Position numbers and translations under genes: made by a program
Origin: an uncultured bacterium
GTDB lineage: Bacteria; Eisenbacteria; RBG-16-71-46
Length of the DNA: 26,210 nucleotides
Reading direction: 5' to 3'
Assembly (NCBI GenBank): GCA_964483945.1
Contig: CAZADU010000130.1
Location: 1 to 26,210 of the forward strand
Shown here: positions 25,193 through 26,210 of the stretch, one piece after another
Numbering within the stretch: the stretch's first letter is position 1
Layout of the letters: each line of letters starts with the position of its first letter
The notes under the pieces: model-generated
Databases searched by the model: none
The model's input: only the letters and a program-made list of their open reading frames with translations
What the model was told of the DNA's origin: nothing

Positions 25193-26188
25193 CTACTCTG
25201 CCGGCGTGGCGGCGATCAGGTCCGCGACGATGCGGTCGGGCTTGATGCCTTCAGCTTCGGCGGTGAAGTTCGTGATCACGCGGTGGCGGAGCACGGCGGG
25301 TGCGACGGCGCGCACGTCCTCGATGCCGGGCGCGAAGCGACCGTGCAGCACGGCGCGCGTCTTGGCCCCCAGCACGAGGAACTGCGACGCGCGCGGGCCC
25401 GCGCCCCAGCGCACCCACTGCTTCACGAACGGCGGCGCGTCATCGCCGCCGCGCGTGGCGCGCGCGAGGCGCACCGCGTAGCGCACGACGTGATCGGAGA
25501 CCGGCACACGGCGCACGAGCTGCTGCAGTTCGAGGATGTCGCGCGCGTCCAGTACACGCTCCAGCGCCGGCACGTAGGCCGAAGTGGTGGAGGCCACGAT
25601 CTGCTCCTCTTCACTCGCCGAGGGGTAGTCCACGCGAACGTTGAACATGAACCGGTCGAGCTGCGCCTCGGGCAGCGGGTAGGTGCCTTCGAGTTCGATC
25701 GGGTTCTGCGTGGCGAGCACGAAGAACGGCAGCTCCAGCTGGAACGTCTCGCCGCCCGCGGTGACTTCCTTTTCCTGCATGGCCTGCAGCAGTGCGGCCT
25801 GCGTCTTGGGCGGCGTACGGTTGATCTCGTCGGCCAGCACGACGTTGGCGAACACCGGGCCTTTGATGAAGCGCATGGTGCGGTGCCCGGTGGTGGCGTC
25901 CTCCTCGAGGATGTCGGTGCCGGTGATGTCGCTGGGCATGAGGTCGGGCGTGAACTGGATGCGGTTGAATTCCAGATGGAGCACGCGCGCGAGGCTCGAG
26001 ACGAGCAGCGTCTTGGCCAGTCCGGGCACACCCACCAGCAACACGTGGCCGCCGGCGAACAGCGCGGTAAGCAACTGCTCGATGACCACATCCTGGCCGA
26101 CGATGGCCTTGCGCAGCTCGGTCGTGATGCGTTCACGCGCCTGGTTCAATCGCTCGACGGCCTGGAGGTCGGATGCCGGTGCGGACAC
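25193..26188 (-). CDS. moxR: MoxR-family AAA+ ATPase
   Basis: IVGQ, Walker A GVPGLAKT, RIQFTPDLMPSDITG, Walker B LADEINRTPPKTQAALL, ATQNPIE, YPLPEAQLDRF, GAGPRAS. Confidence 0.97.
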   Translation of the reverse strand: MSAPASDLQAVERLNQARERITTELRKAIVGQDVVIEQLLTALFAGGHVLLVGVPGLAKTLLVSSLARVLHLEFNRIQFTPDLMPSDITGTDILEEDATTGHRTMRFIKGPVFANVVLADEINRTPPKTQAALLQAMQEKEVTAGGETFQLELPFFVLATQNPIELEGTYPLPEAQLDRFMFNVRVDYPSASEEEQIVASTTSAYVPALERVLDARDILELQQLVRRVPVSDHVVRYAVRLARATRGGDDAPPFVKQWVRWGAGPRASQFLVLGAKTRAVLHGRFAPGIEDVRAVAPAVLRHRVITNFTAEAEGIKPDRIVADLIAATPAE

Positions 26189-26210
26189 GGGGTGCCTTTC
26201 GCAGGTGGGC

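Noticed and set aside
132-26136. Numerous long overlapping ORFs in the track (e.g. 1231..2508+, 10188..12413+, 16464..17717+, 21301..22812- 5' part, 5674..7026+)
   Set aside because: Arg/Ala/Pro/Gly-rich shadow frames or antisense mirrors of real genes, expected in high-GC DNA; no family motifs.

Overview
Very GC-rich bacterial DNA encoding diderm-type envelope proteins (SurA, OmpA-like, FtsEX-EnvC); I cannot assign the lineage from this window. About 17 real CDSs sit among many shadow ORFs. Minus strand, in transcription order from the right: moxR AAA+ ATPase, APC amino-acid permease, class I SAM methyltransferase, DUF58, uncharacterised membrane-anchored protein and BatA/vWA protein, forming one tightly coupled run. 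Next come a TlpA-like thioredoxin, mfd, a GT1 glycosyltransferase, a PrsA-like lipoprotein foldase, surA, ftsE, ftsX, envC and a partial nmrA-family gene. Plus strand: a PDZ/multi-TM LytS-type kinase with a LytTR regulator, a beta-lactamase-family serine hydrolase, and a TSP3/OmpA-C protein. I found no rRNA, tRNA, CRISPR array, transposase or integrase. The most notable observations are: (i) an FtsE with substitutions in five conserved ABC-ATPase motifs; (ii) a MoxR-DUF58-BatA operon with a translationally coupled permease, methyltransferase and unknown DGDLH/WEIHPV protein; (iii) a perfect 25-bp inverted repeat element between envC and nmrA; (iv) clustered tandem repeats around the serine hydrolase start, including a 3x51-bp repeat in its signal region. 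All product calls come from reading motifs by eye; no database searches were run.
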